64,000 nucleotides of DNA from Eledone cirrhosa. Lineage: Eukaryota. A program made the translations under genes and the position numbers. Of the stretch, positions 15,200 to 27,769 are shown piece by piece; position 1 is the stretch's first letter; every line of letters starts with the position of its first letter. The stretch spans positions 217,062,001-217,126,000 of the forward strand of contig OZ024743.1 of the NCBI GenBank assembly GCA_964016885.1, read 5' to 3'. The notes beneath the pieces were generated by a model. The model was not told the DNA's origin. It searched no databases and saw only the letters and a list, made by a program, of their open reading frames with translations.

Positions 15200-15694
15200 A
15201 ACACACTTATCTTAATAGCCATTTGAACTGTCAACAGGCTGCGGTTCGCACACACATCCCTGCTAACCATTATCACAACATCGAACACTTTACTACTACT
15301 ACACACACACACGCACACACATATTTGCTGTGAAAGAGTCATTTCTCAGTCTTGGCGCAAAATCAATTTTTTACATTCACATGACCTCTACCGACCAATC
15401 AAAATTGTCTTGACCACAAGAATTTTTGCAACACCAAAGTAGCGCTGGAGCCACTTTTTTAACATAAAAACAGGTAGAATTCTCAAAACTAATCAGATCA
15501 GAGCAAACAACACGGACACTCTATCTCAAAATTATTTTTGAAAAGCATTTAGAAATGCGCAACCGGTAAAAACTTAAAAACTTAAAACCACAACTGAATA
15601 CTAACCCATACAATTACTAATACTCTTTTATTCCTAATTAAACTATTTTTCAAATATGAACAATTTGTCAGCATTTTCTATTCCGTTTACCAAT
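14491..15694. mobile_element. Large foldback element: ~425-bp inverted arms, ~120-bp tandem duplication in the left arm, (CA)n spacer
   Basis: TTGGTAAACGGAATAGAAAATGCTGAC at 14491 is the reverse complement of ~15666-15692. TTTATGTTAAAAAAGTGGCTCC...GCGCCA is duplicated at ~14716 and ~14840. Spacer ~15037-15268. Confidence 0.9.
15534..15572 (+). ncRNA. Variant hammerhead with U3-A8 core and GAAA>GCAA; mirror copy at ~14612-14650 (minus)
   Basis: TTT-TTGAAAA-GCATTTagAAATGC-GCAA-CCGG-TA-AAA. Confidence 0.55.
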
Positions 15695-15969
15695 ATATAA
15701 TAACTTGTGTGTTACACCTCTATTCTTTTAACTATATATATATATATATATATATTTCATTTCTCAATTTGTTTAGCAAGATTCTTTATCTGAAAACGAC
15801 ATTGTTATACTTTGGGAGGGTCATGTTTCCAATAAGAAACACACGCACCAGTATGTATATATGTATATATATATGTATATGTATATATAACGAAGGATTT
15901 GTGGTAAGAAACCAGATGGACTATAAATAGCCGTGGAACGGCTTGAGCTCTGCCGTCGAGGCCATAGTT

Positions 15970-16103
<134 letters not shown>

Positions 16104-16570
16104 CAATGGCTTTAGATTGTAAAACGAGACCATAGAAATCCAATTGAGCAGATTCTAACTAAAAGGAACCATCAATTGTAGTTTTATCTCTTAGATAGAC
16201 ACACACGCACACACACACACACATACACACACACAGACTCACATATATAGTATCATATTGACATATTCTTCTAGTGGAAAATATATTTCCATTTGTTTTT
16301 ATCTGTTTTTGTTTTTTTATTCTAAACGGTGATATCGATGTATCACGTATTTCTGATGGAATGTAAGGTGATAAATCTAAAAAGATTGTAAAACATTATC
16401 TGCTGAATACGTCCGGAAGTACGGAGTAGACACAACTGGTATATATTTATATATAGTTACAAGCATATAAAAACTACAAATCCACAAACAGTATGTTGTA
16501 GTCTGAAAAGTTTACCTCATAAATTATTCTCATAAACGGGTAGTGAATATATATATATATATTTATATAA

Positions 16571-16661
<91 letters not shown>

Positions 16662-17039
16662 TTTGGGTGTTGGATTATGTGTGTTGGATTCTGTGTGTGT
16701 GTTTATTTCTGTGTGTGTAAGAGAGAGAGTGAGAGAGTGAGTGAGGGAGAGAGTCATGGGTTTAATCGTGGTTAACCACAGTTAGTAAGATACTCAACAT
16801 ATTAGTAGAGTGTAAACATCATATTTAATATGGAAATGGCTTCAACATGACTAGACCTGTGTGCATAGGTAAATTAAGTAAATTATATATATATGTATGT
16901 ATAAATAAGTAACTTTCAAATAGAAATAGCTTTGCCGTATTTATTTACTAAAGAAATATTAGCCTGTTAGTGGGGTTTAGGACCCTCTAAGAAATAGAAA
17001 AAAGATGAGAAGTGTCTTATCCTGGTTCTATCAGTGATG

Positions 17040-17428
17040 TTAACCCCAAACACACTATATCTGACATAATATTTGCCGCACCTGATATCTTAACCGTAAT
17101 AAACGAAAGTAAACACATCTTAGCAGTAGGACCCGATAGTTTCCCTGTTAGTATTATGAAGATGTGTCGACACCAACGTACATATCCTCTCGCTAATCTC
17201 ACTGAAAGCAGGCTATATCCTTGAAAACCCCCTGTCCATGTCTGCCGTCAAATTTTCGAAAAGGAAAAAGATCACTTGCAGTGCATCATCGTCCGATCGC
17301 ATTCATCCCTCAAATCATTAATGTATTTGAGAATGTGGTGAGATCACAAATAACTCACTTCCTTGAAAGCAACAAACTGCTGAATCCCAAACTGCATGGG
17401 TTCTGTAATAGCAAGGCCTGCCTCACAT
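17040..17428 (+). mobile_element. CR1-group LINE reverse transcriptase remnant
   Basis: Fragments AVGPDSFPVSIMKMC and KGKRSLAVHHRPIAFIPQIINVFENVVRSQITHFLESNKLLNPKLHGFCNSKACLT match the RT N-terminal GPD / NYRP / QHGF..SCLT pattern. Confidence 0.8.
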
Positions 17429-17973
17429 ATATATACACATATATATATATACGCATATAACTTTGATCGATTTCTTTCGGCCAGTATTCATCCAGGTCAT
17501 GTCTAACTTAATAGCTACACCTACAGAAGTATTTCAAATCATTGATTTTGTCGCCATGGTCCACTCAATTCGAGAGTCATTGTTTTCAGAGATATATGCG
17601 GGTGTAGGTGGTTTATCAGGAATTTCGTGGAGAAATTTATCCAGCGGGCCATGTCTACTTTGTTGTTTTTATGAGTAGCCCAGCTTACGTTGTTATCAAC
17701 TATTACTCTCTGATCTCTTGCGTCGGTTTCAACTGAGGGAAGAGAATATGATTGTTTCATTGTATCCTCTTTCCAAAGTGGATCAATTAAAATGTATCCT
17801 CCTTCAGTTACATTTATTTTCTTCCAATGGATAACAGCAAGTTGATCCGATTGAAGGCACGACCTGTCTCATACTCCATTTATGACCTGGAGCTTCGAAT
17901 CAACTATGAGGATTGTTATTTTGCTGTATTATATGATGTGGATAATGTCATTTATATAGATAATGGATAATGA

Positions 17974-18012
<39 letters not shown>

Positions 18013-18073
18013 AATAGTGTTGGCTTTTTGCTACAATATTTTCTATACCTTTCATGTATATATATATATATAT

Positions 18074-18238
18074 GAGAAAGTATGACCCCGACGGCAGAGC
18101 TCAAGCTGTTTCAGAAATAGCCGTCGAAACGGCTTGAGATCTGCCGTCAGGGTCATACTATTACCCACTCTACTACCCTAAGTAATGAGTACTCTGGTGC
18201 GTTATGGTCCGTCTGGTTCCTTACCACAACTCCTTCGT

Positions 18239-18240
<2 letters not shown>
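18074..18240 (+). mobile_element. Family C hairpin-plus-tail element, copy 1
   Basis: GC-rich hairpin (GTATGACCCCGACGGCAGAGCTCAAGC...GCTTGAGATCTGCCGTCAGGGTCATAC), then tail TTACCCACTCTACTACCCT...GAGTACTCTGGTGCG...CCTTACCACA; between (TA)n tracts. Confidence 0.85.
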
Positions 18241-18310
<70 letters not shown>

Positions 18311-18314
<4 letters not shown>

Positions 18315-18502
18315 AGAGTCACGACCCCGATGGGTGAGCTCCGGTCGTTTTGACAGCTAGATCCAAACTCCAGCTGTCGAAACGACCGGAGCTCAGCCGT
18401 CGGGGTCTTGACTCTTTTCCTATTACCCACTCTACTACCCTGAGTATCGAGTACTCTGGTACGCTATGATCCACCTGGTTTCTTACAACACTTTCTCTGT
18501 TA
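18311..18502 (+). mobile_element. Family C hairpin-plus-tail element, copy 2
   Basis: ~48-bp arms GAAAAGAGTC...GACAGCT / AGCTGTC...GACTCTTTTC, same tail. Confidence 0.85.
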
Positions 18503-18559
18503 TATACATATATATATATATGAGCTCGAAGTTTAAATTCATGAGATCTTTCTGTGTAG

Positions 18560-18612
<53 letters not shown>

Positions 18613-19429
18613 ATTTCTTCAAATTGAAAGCTGTCTTTACCAACCTCACATCAGCGCACTTCCTATGATGGATGGATAATTGCTCTTCGGCAAAAAACAC
18701 TCAACCAGCTATATCTAGCCGTTGACTTAATCATCAATATATGAGGGCACATCACTTATTCCAAATTAAAAGTAGTGATGCTACTTCTATCAAGTATGAG
18801 ACTACGGGAATAGTTTCTGTTTTATTGTCTTTCTTGTTTTCACTGCTGCCATTTCTAAAACTGATCATCAAGACACGCAATATCACGATGATCATGATGC
18901 AAATGAAGAGGACCATTAATTTGATTATCTTCCTTATCATTATTATCATCCCTATATTTATCCTTTAAGGATTATCTGCCCCCACCTCTTAGTTATAAAT
19001 GGAACAGATTTGTTTTGTTTTCTAATTCTGTCTACTCGTATTTAGAGATAAGATTTTCTTCTGCCTTCGAGATGGTCAGAGTACATTTTTGGAGGGTTCT
19101 TTTTGTATGTTAACAGAAGTGTTCATCTGAAAGTGTTTGTGTAAATGTGGCATGTGATGTGAACCAGGCCATTTAATTAAATGTTCTGTCCTTGGAAACA
19201 GGACCTTCAAATATCGTTATGTATAGTGACAAGGGGAGAGTTCAAGAGAAAGAGTAATGGTTTGCCTCTACGAACAGCGTGTTCGGAACTTTAGGATTTA
19301 CATCTCATCACGCAAAATTCAGAGCGTTAAGGCAACAATGAAACTCTTAAGAATAGGGATAGGTACCGGTAAATGAAGCAATGCTACTATTATTTTTTGC
19401 TTTAGTCTCTATCTTCAAAACTGCAGTAC

Positions 19430-19980
19430 AAGGGACACGTAACTTTGTTGAGGAAACACTGACTACGTCTTGCCGGGAGCCTCTGGTCTCAACCTCTAGT
19501 TCCTGCTCCATTTGTTTGTAAGGGTTGTAACGTTTTAGTTACTAATTATAAAGCTTTGCTACCCCCAGACCCTCTTTGGGATCTCGGGATACGGAAATTT
19601 TGTGCTTAATCCATTCGCCTCCCGGGACAGCTCACAAGCCCTCCGCCAGATTCTGGAGCGTTGTTTGGTGTCAGCAATATATTTTTTAAACAGCCCACTT
19701 TATCTAAGGTCTGAACGAAGACCTTATCTAGCGCGAAGGATGATGTGGTGCGACTGCCTTTGATGTATCTAGGCATATTGCAGTGTTTTTCGCGGTCCTA
19801 TTCGTGCCATTCCCCAATCAGGTACTTTTCTCAGACTCGCCATATATATATTGCTGGTTTGTGAGAGTATTATTGCGAAATAACTGTTTCACCCCTTGTT
19901 CCATCTTTCCTAGTAGGCTACCGCTGGTGTTCCGGGTTAGCGTATTCGTCCGATAGGATGCTGCTTATATCGCATCTAAC
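19430..19980 (-). mobile_element. Possible highly degraded LINE 3' fragment
   Basis: GC-richer island; minus-strand fragments MARIGPRKTLQYA and DTKQRSRIWRRAC loosely resemble an RTE C-terminus. Confidence 0.25.
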
Positions 19981-20103
19981 CATTATATCATGTAGCTGAA
20001 TCATTATCCGCCAACCGAGACTCATTCCCTAGTAGAATATTTCTGGCTTGATGACACGCCCAGAAAAAAGTGGGAGGAGATAATAATACTAATACTACTG
20101 ATG

Positions 20104-20105
20104 CA

Positions 20106-20158
<53 letters not shown>

Positions 20159-20174
20159 CAGAACCACCACCACC

Positions 20175-20262
<88 letters not shown>
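20104..20262. repeat. (ACT)n trinucleotide microsatellite with an (ACC)n interruption
   Basis: Direct inspection. Confidence 0.97.
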
Positions 20263-20533
20263 TAAAAGAAAGTAACAAAAATTAAGCATATAGGTCTGAA
20301 TTTATTTATATCTAAATTAAATATAGAGTAATAAAACTGGTAGAGATAAAAGCAAATAATTTGGCACATGCAAGCTCTAATTTATGGAGCCAAACCCATC
20401 CGAGATATTTCTTATTACATAACATCTTAAATAGCAAGTTGTTAGTTAGGAAATAGAAAGCAGTATCGTGAGCTGGTGTATGTTAGAAGAAACGTTTGTG
20501 GTACGGTGAGTTTGTGGATAGCATATGCTTCTT

Positions 20534-20584
<51 letters not shown>

Positions 20585-20596
20585 GAACACACACAC

Positions 20597-20782
<186 letters not shown>

Positions 20783-20896
20783 CTATACACACACACACAT
20801 ATATATATATATATATCAGATTGGAGTGGAAAAAACCAGTTAGGCCAATACGTACCAGAGTACGCGATACTAATTATATTATAGTACCAAATAATA

Positions 20897-20957
20897 TATT
20901 TTATCTGACGAAAGCGTACTTAAATGTTAGTACCCTTGAAATACGTATAATAAAATA
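20897..20957 (+). ncRNA. Minimal type I hammerhead ribozyme, intact core (family A)
   Basis: TATTTTAT-CTGACGA-AAGcGTACT...AGTACcCTT-GAAA-TACGTA-TA-ATAAAATA: perfect 8-bp stem I and palindromic stem III. Confidence 0.85.
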
Positions 20958-21253
20958 AATATGGTTTTGTAAAGATATTTTCCATCTATTAATATTATTA
21001 ATATATATATATATATATACATAAATACATAAAGGGAGAAAGCTATTAGCGATACCCCGACCAATTTCCATCTCACTCAACAAACATTAGGAATTACCGG
21101 AGTATATTCCCAATTAAACGTTTGGGGTTCTAACTATATTGTATTGTGTGGATAATCGGCTGTATTATTCTATATGAGATATATTAAAATCTCATTCCCC
21201 ATACGATCGTTTCATTATAAGATTTCTACATGGTGGGTGAAATTTTACCAAGT

Positions 21254-21352
<99 letters not shown>

Positions 21353-21439
21353 CGATCGACTTTCGTCAAATCGGACCGAGGGAACAATGTTTCCGTTGGT
21401 CTTTCCAATTGCTAATACTATCTATCGGTCGCAACTCCA

Positions 21440-21564
21440 GGTAGAAGGAGCAACGTGAAATAAAGTGTCTTGCTCAAGGACATAACGCATCGCCTGGTCC
21501 AGGAATCGAACTCACAACCGTACGATTGCGAATCCAATTCTCTAACCACTCAGCCACACGCCTT

Positions 21565-21568
<4 letters not shown>
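21440..21568 (-). mobile_element. tRNA-derived SINE family 2 (head and central domain)
   Basis: Minus strand GAAGGCGTGTGGCTGAGTGGTTAGAG...GTGAGTTCGATTCCTGGACC...GTCCTTGAGCAAGACACTTTATTTCACGTTGCTCC. Confidence 0.8.
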
Positions 21569-21616
<48 letters not shown>

Positions 21617-21642
21617 TACATATATATGCGTACATAAGGATA

Positions 21643-21676
<34 letters not shown>

Positions 21677-21702
21677 GCATACATATATATGCGTACATAA
21701 GG

Positions 21703-21740
<38 letters not shown>

Positions 21741-21848
21741 AATCGAAGAGGAGAGGTAACTGATTAACTATGAGAATTATATGCCGAATGGTACAGATCA
21801 AGGCCTGTTAGATGCAAGATAAGCGAACAATGTGAGTAAATCAGAGAA

Positions 21849-22038
21849 ATAATTGTTTCTACTTTAGGCACAAGGCCAGCAATTACCCAGTGCATTACTG
21901 GTACTTTATTTTATCGACCCCGTAAGGATGAAAGGCAAAGTCAACCTGCGCGGGATTTGAACTCAGATCATAAAGGGACGTAACTATGCTGGAAAGCATG
22001 GCGTCCGACCCTCTACCGATACTGCCAATCCACCGCCC
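21849..22038 (-). mobile_element. tRNA-derived SINE family 1, full length, 18-bp TSD
   Basis: Same consensus; TSD GTAAATCAGAGAAATAAT at 21836-21853 and 22062-22079. Confidence 0.9.
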
Positions 22039-22716
22039 TATCAGAGAAAATCAGAGAAACCGTAAATCAGAGAAATAATGACAAGCAAAAAATTGTTTAA
22101 GCATAGTTTAATTTCTGTTTAATCACCAAAAACCTGGCTAAATGCAAAAATAGACAGTTTCTCAGTTGGCCACACATGAAATCACACTTGCTTTCCAGCT
22201 CATATAAACTTAACTCACTTTCAGATACTTATCCTCCATAAACTCTTGTTCTTCACTTTCCTTAACTTACCTTCTTTACAGACTTCTCTTTCTGATTTAC
22301 TTTTATTTTTTATTTTTAACTATATTTTTACTTCACATCCACCAGTGACAACCCCCCCCCCCCCCCCTACATGCTTTTTGATTTACTTTATATCTTCAAA
22401 ATTATACATATTTTACTTCCCCCTTTTCTTTCACTACCTGATAAGACTTGTCACTTGCGTTTTCAACCCCAGATATATTCTGTTGTCCCTCAGCCGCTTT
22501 TATGTATGTTTACTTGTGTATAATTTGTACTCATTTATTCATACGGCTGTTTTTTTTGTTTTTTTTATATTGTATGTATAAGTGTAAGTGTGCATGTGTG
22601 GGCATACGTGTTTGTATATGTATACGAATGCATTCGTATGTGCGCGTGTGTGTGTATATGTGTGTGTGTATGTGTGTTTTTATATGTATGTTTTTTCATA
22701 CTTATATATATGTGTG

Positions 22717-22775
<59 letters not shown>

Positions 22776-22779
22776 ATAT

Positions 22780-22849
<70 letters not shown>

Positions 22850-23608
22850 AGTGTGTGTGTGTATACATGATCGCGTGCGTGCGTGTGATAAGATGTGCAT
22901 ATATGTATATATATGTGCTTCATGTGTATGTATGCGCGGATTTGTATGTATGTACGCTTGTATGTGCTTTTGTCTGTACGTATTTATATATTTATATATA
23001 TATATATGTGTGTGTGTTCGAACTTCTGTATGTTTTCTCTTTTTTTCTAGTGTTACTTTATAATTGATAACCCCTCCCTGTTATTTTCTCTTTGATTTAA
23101 ATATTTTTATTCTCATATTTTCATTTTCATATTTTATTTTTTTTATATATGTATCGACCTTAAGCCTTACACTGCTTTCACTGATACACTCCCTTCCCTG
23201 TATATATCACATGCATGTATGTGGTTGCGTGTGTGTGTGTGTGTGTTTATACGCGTGCTTTTATACTTGTATGTATATATATTTCAATCCTTAGTCCCCC
23301 AGTCTGTATGTACGCTAACTCTATTATCTTACAATTTCTTTTTTCAACATATATTATATACGTATTTGTGGTCACACATACATTGATATGCTTGCCCTAA
23401 GAGATGTACTTACGCACACATTTTTTCACTATACACATGCATTTGTACATACACACATATGTACATTTGTAGGTGTACATACACACATTTATATACATAC
23501 CTTTACTATATTTCCTTATTTTATTTTTATATATCTCTTATATATTTATTTGCCCGTTAAACTTTTGCCTCTCTTGAGGAGATTTTTCAAATATTTCACT
23601 ATGTTTTA

Positions 23609-23686
23609 AATTGCCTTGTCTGACGAACGAATGAGGACGTTTCTTGTATTCGTCTTATTCGGGAAACCTCTGGTAATGAGGTAATT
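23609..23686 (+). ncRNA. Type I hammerhead ribozyme with 11-bp stem I, intact core
   Basis: AATTGCCTTGT-CTGACGA-aCGAATGAGGACG...CGTCTTATTCGg-GAAA-CCtctGG-TA-ATGAGGTAATT; stem I pairs fully when G-U is allowed. Confidence 0.8.
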
Positions 23687-23785
23687 ATATTGTATTGTCT
23701 ATTATACATTAAATTTAGATCTGTAACTTACATAGAGCACTCTTCACTCCTATGACTTTTTCAATTTTCAACGGAAACTTCAATA

Positions 23786-23854
<69 letters not shown>

Positions 23855-24701
23855 CAAGTGATTAAGTTTTGGAATACTGTGAGAGACTGAAGGTTAGAGA
23901 TTAAGTGTACATACAATGGCAGAAGAAAAGCAGGTGGCAATGTGAGGTAGGAAATGAAACGAATAGTCATCAACGAATGGGAATGCTAAATAGAGAAACA
24001 CACATGCACGCACAGACATACAAAGACACAGACCGAGGCACACATAAATAGACGCACACATCTAACGTAAAGAAATGCAGAAAAAACAAAAATAAACTCT
24101 GTTAAACATACAAAGATTGATTTTCCTATTGACAGATAAATACCAAAATGGTCGAATGGATGGCGATGGTAATGAGTTAAAATAAGACAAAAAATTTAAT
24201 TCAAGGAAACGAAGAAAGATGAGTAGAAATGAAAAGAATAAGAGTGAAAAATATGATAAAAAACCAAATGTAGTGAACGCATGATATAAAGTAGGAAGGA
24301 AAGATTAGAACCAAATGAATACAACACGGGCATAACATAGAAATCGAAGGAATGTTTAAGGAGAAATCTGAAGTGTTTTTGAAATAGAAAGTGTTGTGAA
24401 GATAGAGAGAAGTGTTGTAAAATAGAAATAAAATGTAAAAAATGCGAAAAAATGTGTTTTCTGGTATGCATTGTCGAGTGAAGAATGTAAACGTCTCATG
24501 TCAGTGTCTACCAGTTCAGAGTTTTCATTGAGAGTCATGGGTGGGTGGGAAGTGGGACCATTTAGACGTGATGTTGAAAGCACAGTGACTGAAAACACCT
24601 TTAAAAGTGTAACAGAATGTATGCTGTTTCCTGGATACATAAACATAATGCAAGGATCCACGTTTCCTTGTTCATCTAACTATTTCTCTATCTCCTATTC
24701 G

Positions 24702-24769
<68 letters not shown>

Positions 24770-25738
24770 CGAGCATAACAGTCGTCAGAATGGAATTCCA
24801 GAAAGTTCTCGACGAGAATGGTTACCATACTTCTCTCACCAAACAACGAAATGCCAAAGTAGCAACCCTTGAATAAATAAAGTCATGCACCCCTAGATGT
24901 AACATGAACGACATAAAGCTACCACATGTTAATGAGAGAAGGAGATGACCACTTCAATCAAATAGGCAATCCATAGAGAGGGACTGAACATACAACTGGC
25001 GCAATCGGGACCTTCATTAAAGGTCTAAACTACTGACAACGACCTACTTTTTGTCCCATCAAAATCGCAGAAATGTGCTTGAGAGCGTATATGTTGTATA
25101 TTAAAAGTATCGTCTTGATTTTGCACATATGTATCAGGGAGCACATGGCGAATGCTTTTACTTTCTAAAAAAGTCTTGACATCTGTCGGAGCCAAGAGAT
25201 TGAGGTCAACATATGGGTAACTGGGTAACAAAAAGAAAAGTGAGAAATTTAAGAATCAAGGAGGCTACCATCATGTAAACGAAAAAAACAAATATAAATA
25301 ATATATTGGAAATGGACGAAGCAGGTTGGCTTCTATAATGTTTCCATACATGCGTATTTCAGACTTGCTAGTGCAATTCATGAAGAACACCTTCATCGCT
25401 CTATGTTTTTTTTTTGTCTTTTTACCATTTCTCTTTCACATGTGCAAAGAAGGTATAACACCGAAATATTTTTCTACAATATACGTGGTAAAACGTTACT
25501 TTGTTTTGTTACATTTGTCATCCTTTGCGCTACATATATTTCCCTCGCATTGCACCGACGATTTGAAGGTTATCAGTCATATATACGGTATATTTTCATA
25601 AAAGCCAAACAAGGCTGAGTTTTCAAATTATTTCTATGAATTTCATTTTTATTTCCCATTACCCTATTATGTTCCACATCACCATTTTACACCAATACAT
25701 ATTCCCCACTTTTGATAATGCATAAAATGCTGAAACCA

Positions 25739-25940
25739 GTAATAGACAGTTATTAAATATATAAATAAATAAATGCCATTGTTAATTAATAAATAAATTA
25801 ACTAATACCTCAACACTTCACACAAAGTAAAATATTTTGTTTTAAACATTTTCTAATCCAGTAAAAAGAGAAATATAATAAAAAGGAAAAAAAAATATTT
25901 TTCTTCCTAATAATCATCTTTTTGGCCCTATTTTCATATA
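25739..25940 (+). repeat. Dispersed AT-rich repeat; second copy at 43084-43290
   Basis: GTAATAGACA.TTATTAAATATATAAAT...AATGCCATTGTTAA...CTAATACCT.AACACT.CACACAAA...TCTTCCTAAT...TTTTCATATA at both loci. Confidence 0.8.
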
Positions 25941-26429
25941 CATATATATATCCCAACTCATGTGTCCTTTCCCCACATTTTAATACTAGTATAAATGAAA
26001 ATATTGTAGATGTACAGATTATATGTACAATTTCTGTAGCCATATGTACGCGTATATTCTTGAATGTATATTTTCTAATCACACGTTTTAATTTGATAAC
26101 ATTTGCAGTCATACACTCCCTCATAAGAAGTGTAAATGTGTGCAGTACAAGTCCACTAAATGATAAGGATCTGCCATTATTACAAAAATTATTACAAATA
26201 ATAACCAATTGAAATGACAAGATGGGTGTCCTATGCTCTATTTGGGAAAGAGCTTTACACATTGAAAATTGTTGTATCAATTCAATAAGTTTAAATATAT
26301 TTGCATAGATAGGGGATAGATTTAAATATATTGATCCGGTAGTTTTCCACACATAAATATTATGAAATCAATGAAAATGAGAAATATGCATGTAGAATTA
26401 TATACATAAACGTGTGTCTCTGTGTATGA

Positions 26430-26521
<92 letters not shown>

Positions 26522-27634
26522 GTGTGTGTGTTTAAAATGAAGTCCTAATGTATGATATCTCTTAAGGACATGTCATTATTTATGTATCGTAGAATATTCA
26601 TGAAAAGAATCAAATAAATAATACTTTGAGTCGATGGAAACAGCAATAACATCAATGAGTTGGTGTGATAAAGTTTAGTTAGTCCGTTATGAGCATAATA
26701 TTGATTCATTCAACATTGATATTCTATATTGATTAGGCGGCATCTATTTTCTGTTAAGCTTCGGTAAATATTAGGAAGGTGCTAAATGAAGGTAGGGGAG
26801 AGAAAGGGAATGAACAACCGGGTGGAGGAGAACAGCAAGAAAGAAATAAAAACGTAAAACAGAAAGAAATTCATTGATTCACGGGAGCTGGAATAATAAA
26901 AAATAAGACAAATACCATAAATATATAAGGACATAAGTAAATAAGTAAAACAAGAACAAAGCATGAATATCTACACGATTCACAACCGGTCTCACTGGAT
27001 ATTACAAGAATAAATCAATCAACCGCTAAAGCCACGAATATTCTCTTTTAACACTATCTTCGCCATTACTACCATTCGCCATTACTTCGCCATTACTACC
27101 ATTAGCCTCACCGTCAATACGAACTCTACAATAAGTAACTTCTAAATAATCATTAGCCACTATTTTACAACAACTGCAACAAAGGTATGGATCGACAAAT
27201 AACATCAATACTTAAGTTGCATGTATAATAACTAACATCAACAAGAAGTACTCCGGAAACAAGAAAGCTAGTAGTACAACCGAAATAGAATACTTAATGT
27301 AAGTATATAAGGAGAGTTAGATCTTAAACTGTTAAGATGGTATTCATCAATGATTTCAATTATGCACCAACGCAGAAGGCAGAGCTAACATATATAAATA
27401 TTGATAAAATTTCCGGATATGGTGACGTTATTTTTAATTCAGTTAGTGAATGTACATTTCGGATAATGTTTTTACTGGTACATTGACCTGTAGTAATAAT
27501 TTGATTTCGTATCACATGTGAAGATATGTATCTTATTCTGTATGTATCTCCCCGCCTATATACTCCCTGTTCGCCTGTCTATGCCTGACTATTTCTCTTT
27601 CTTTAATCGCTGTATATATATATATATCTTCTTA

Positions 27635-27769
<135 letters not shown>

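Noticed and set aside
19988-20369. Poly-V/S/T ORFs
   Set aside because: (ACT)n microsatellite.
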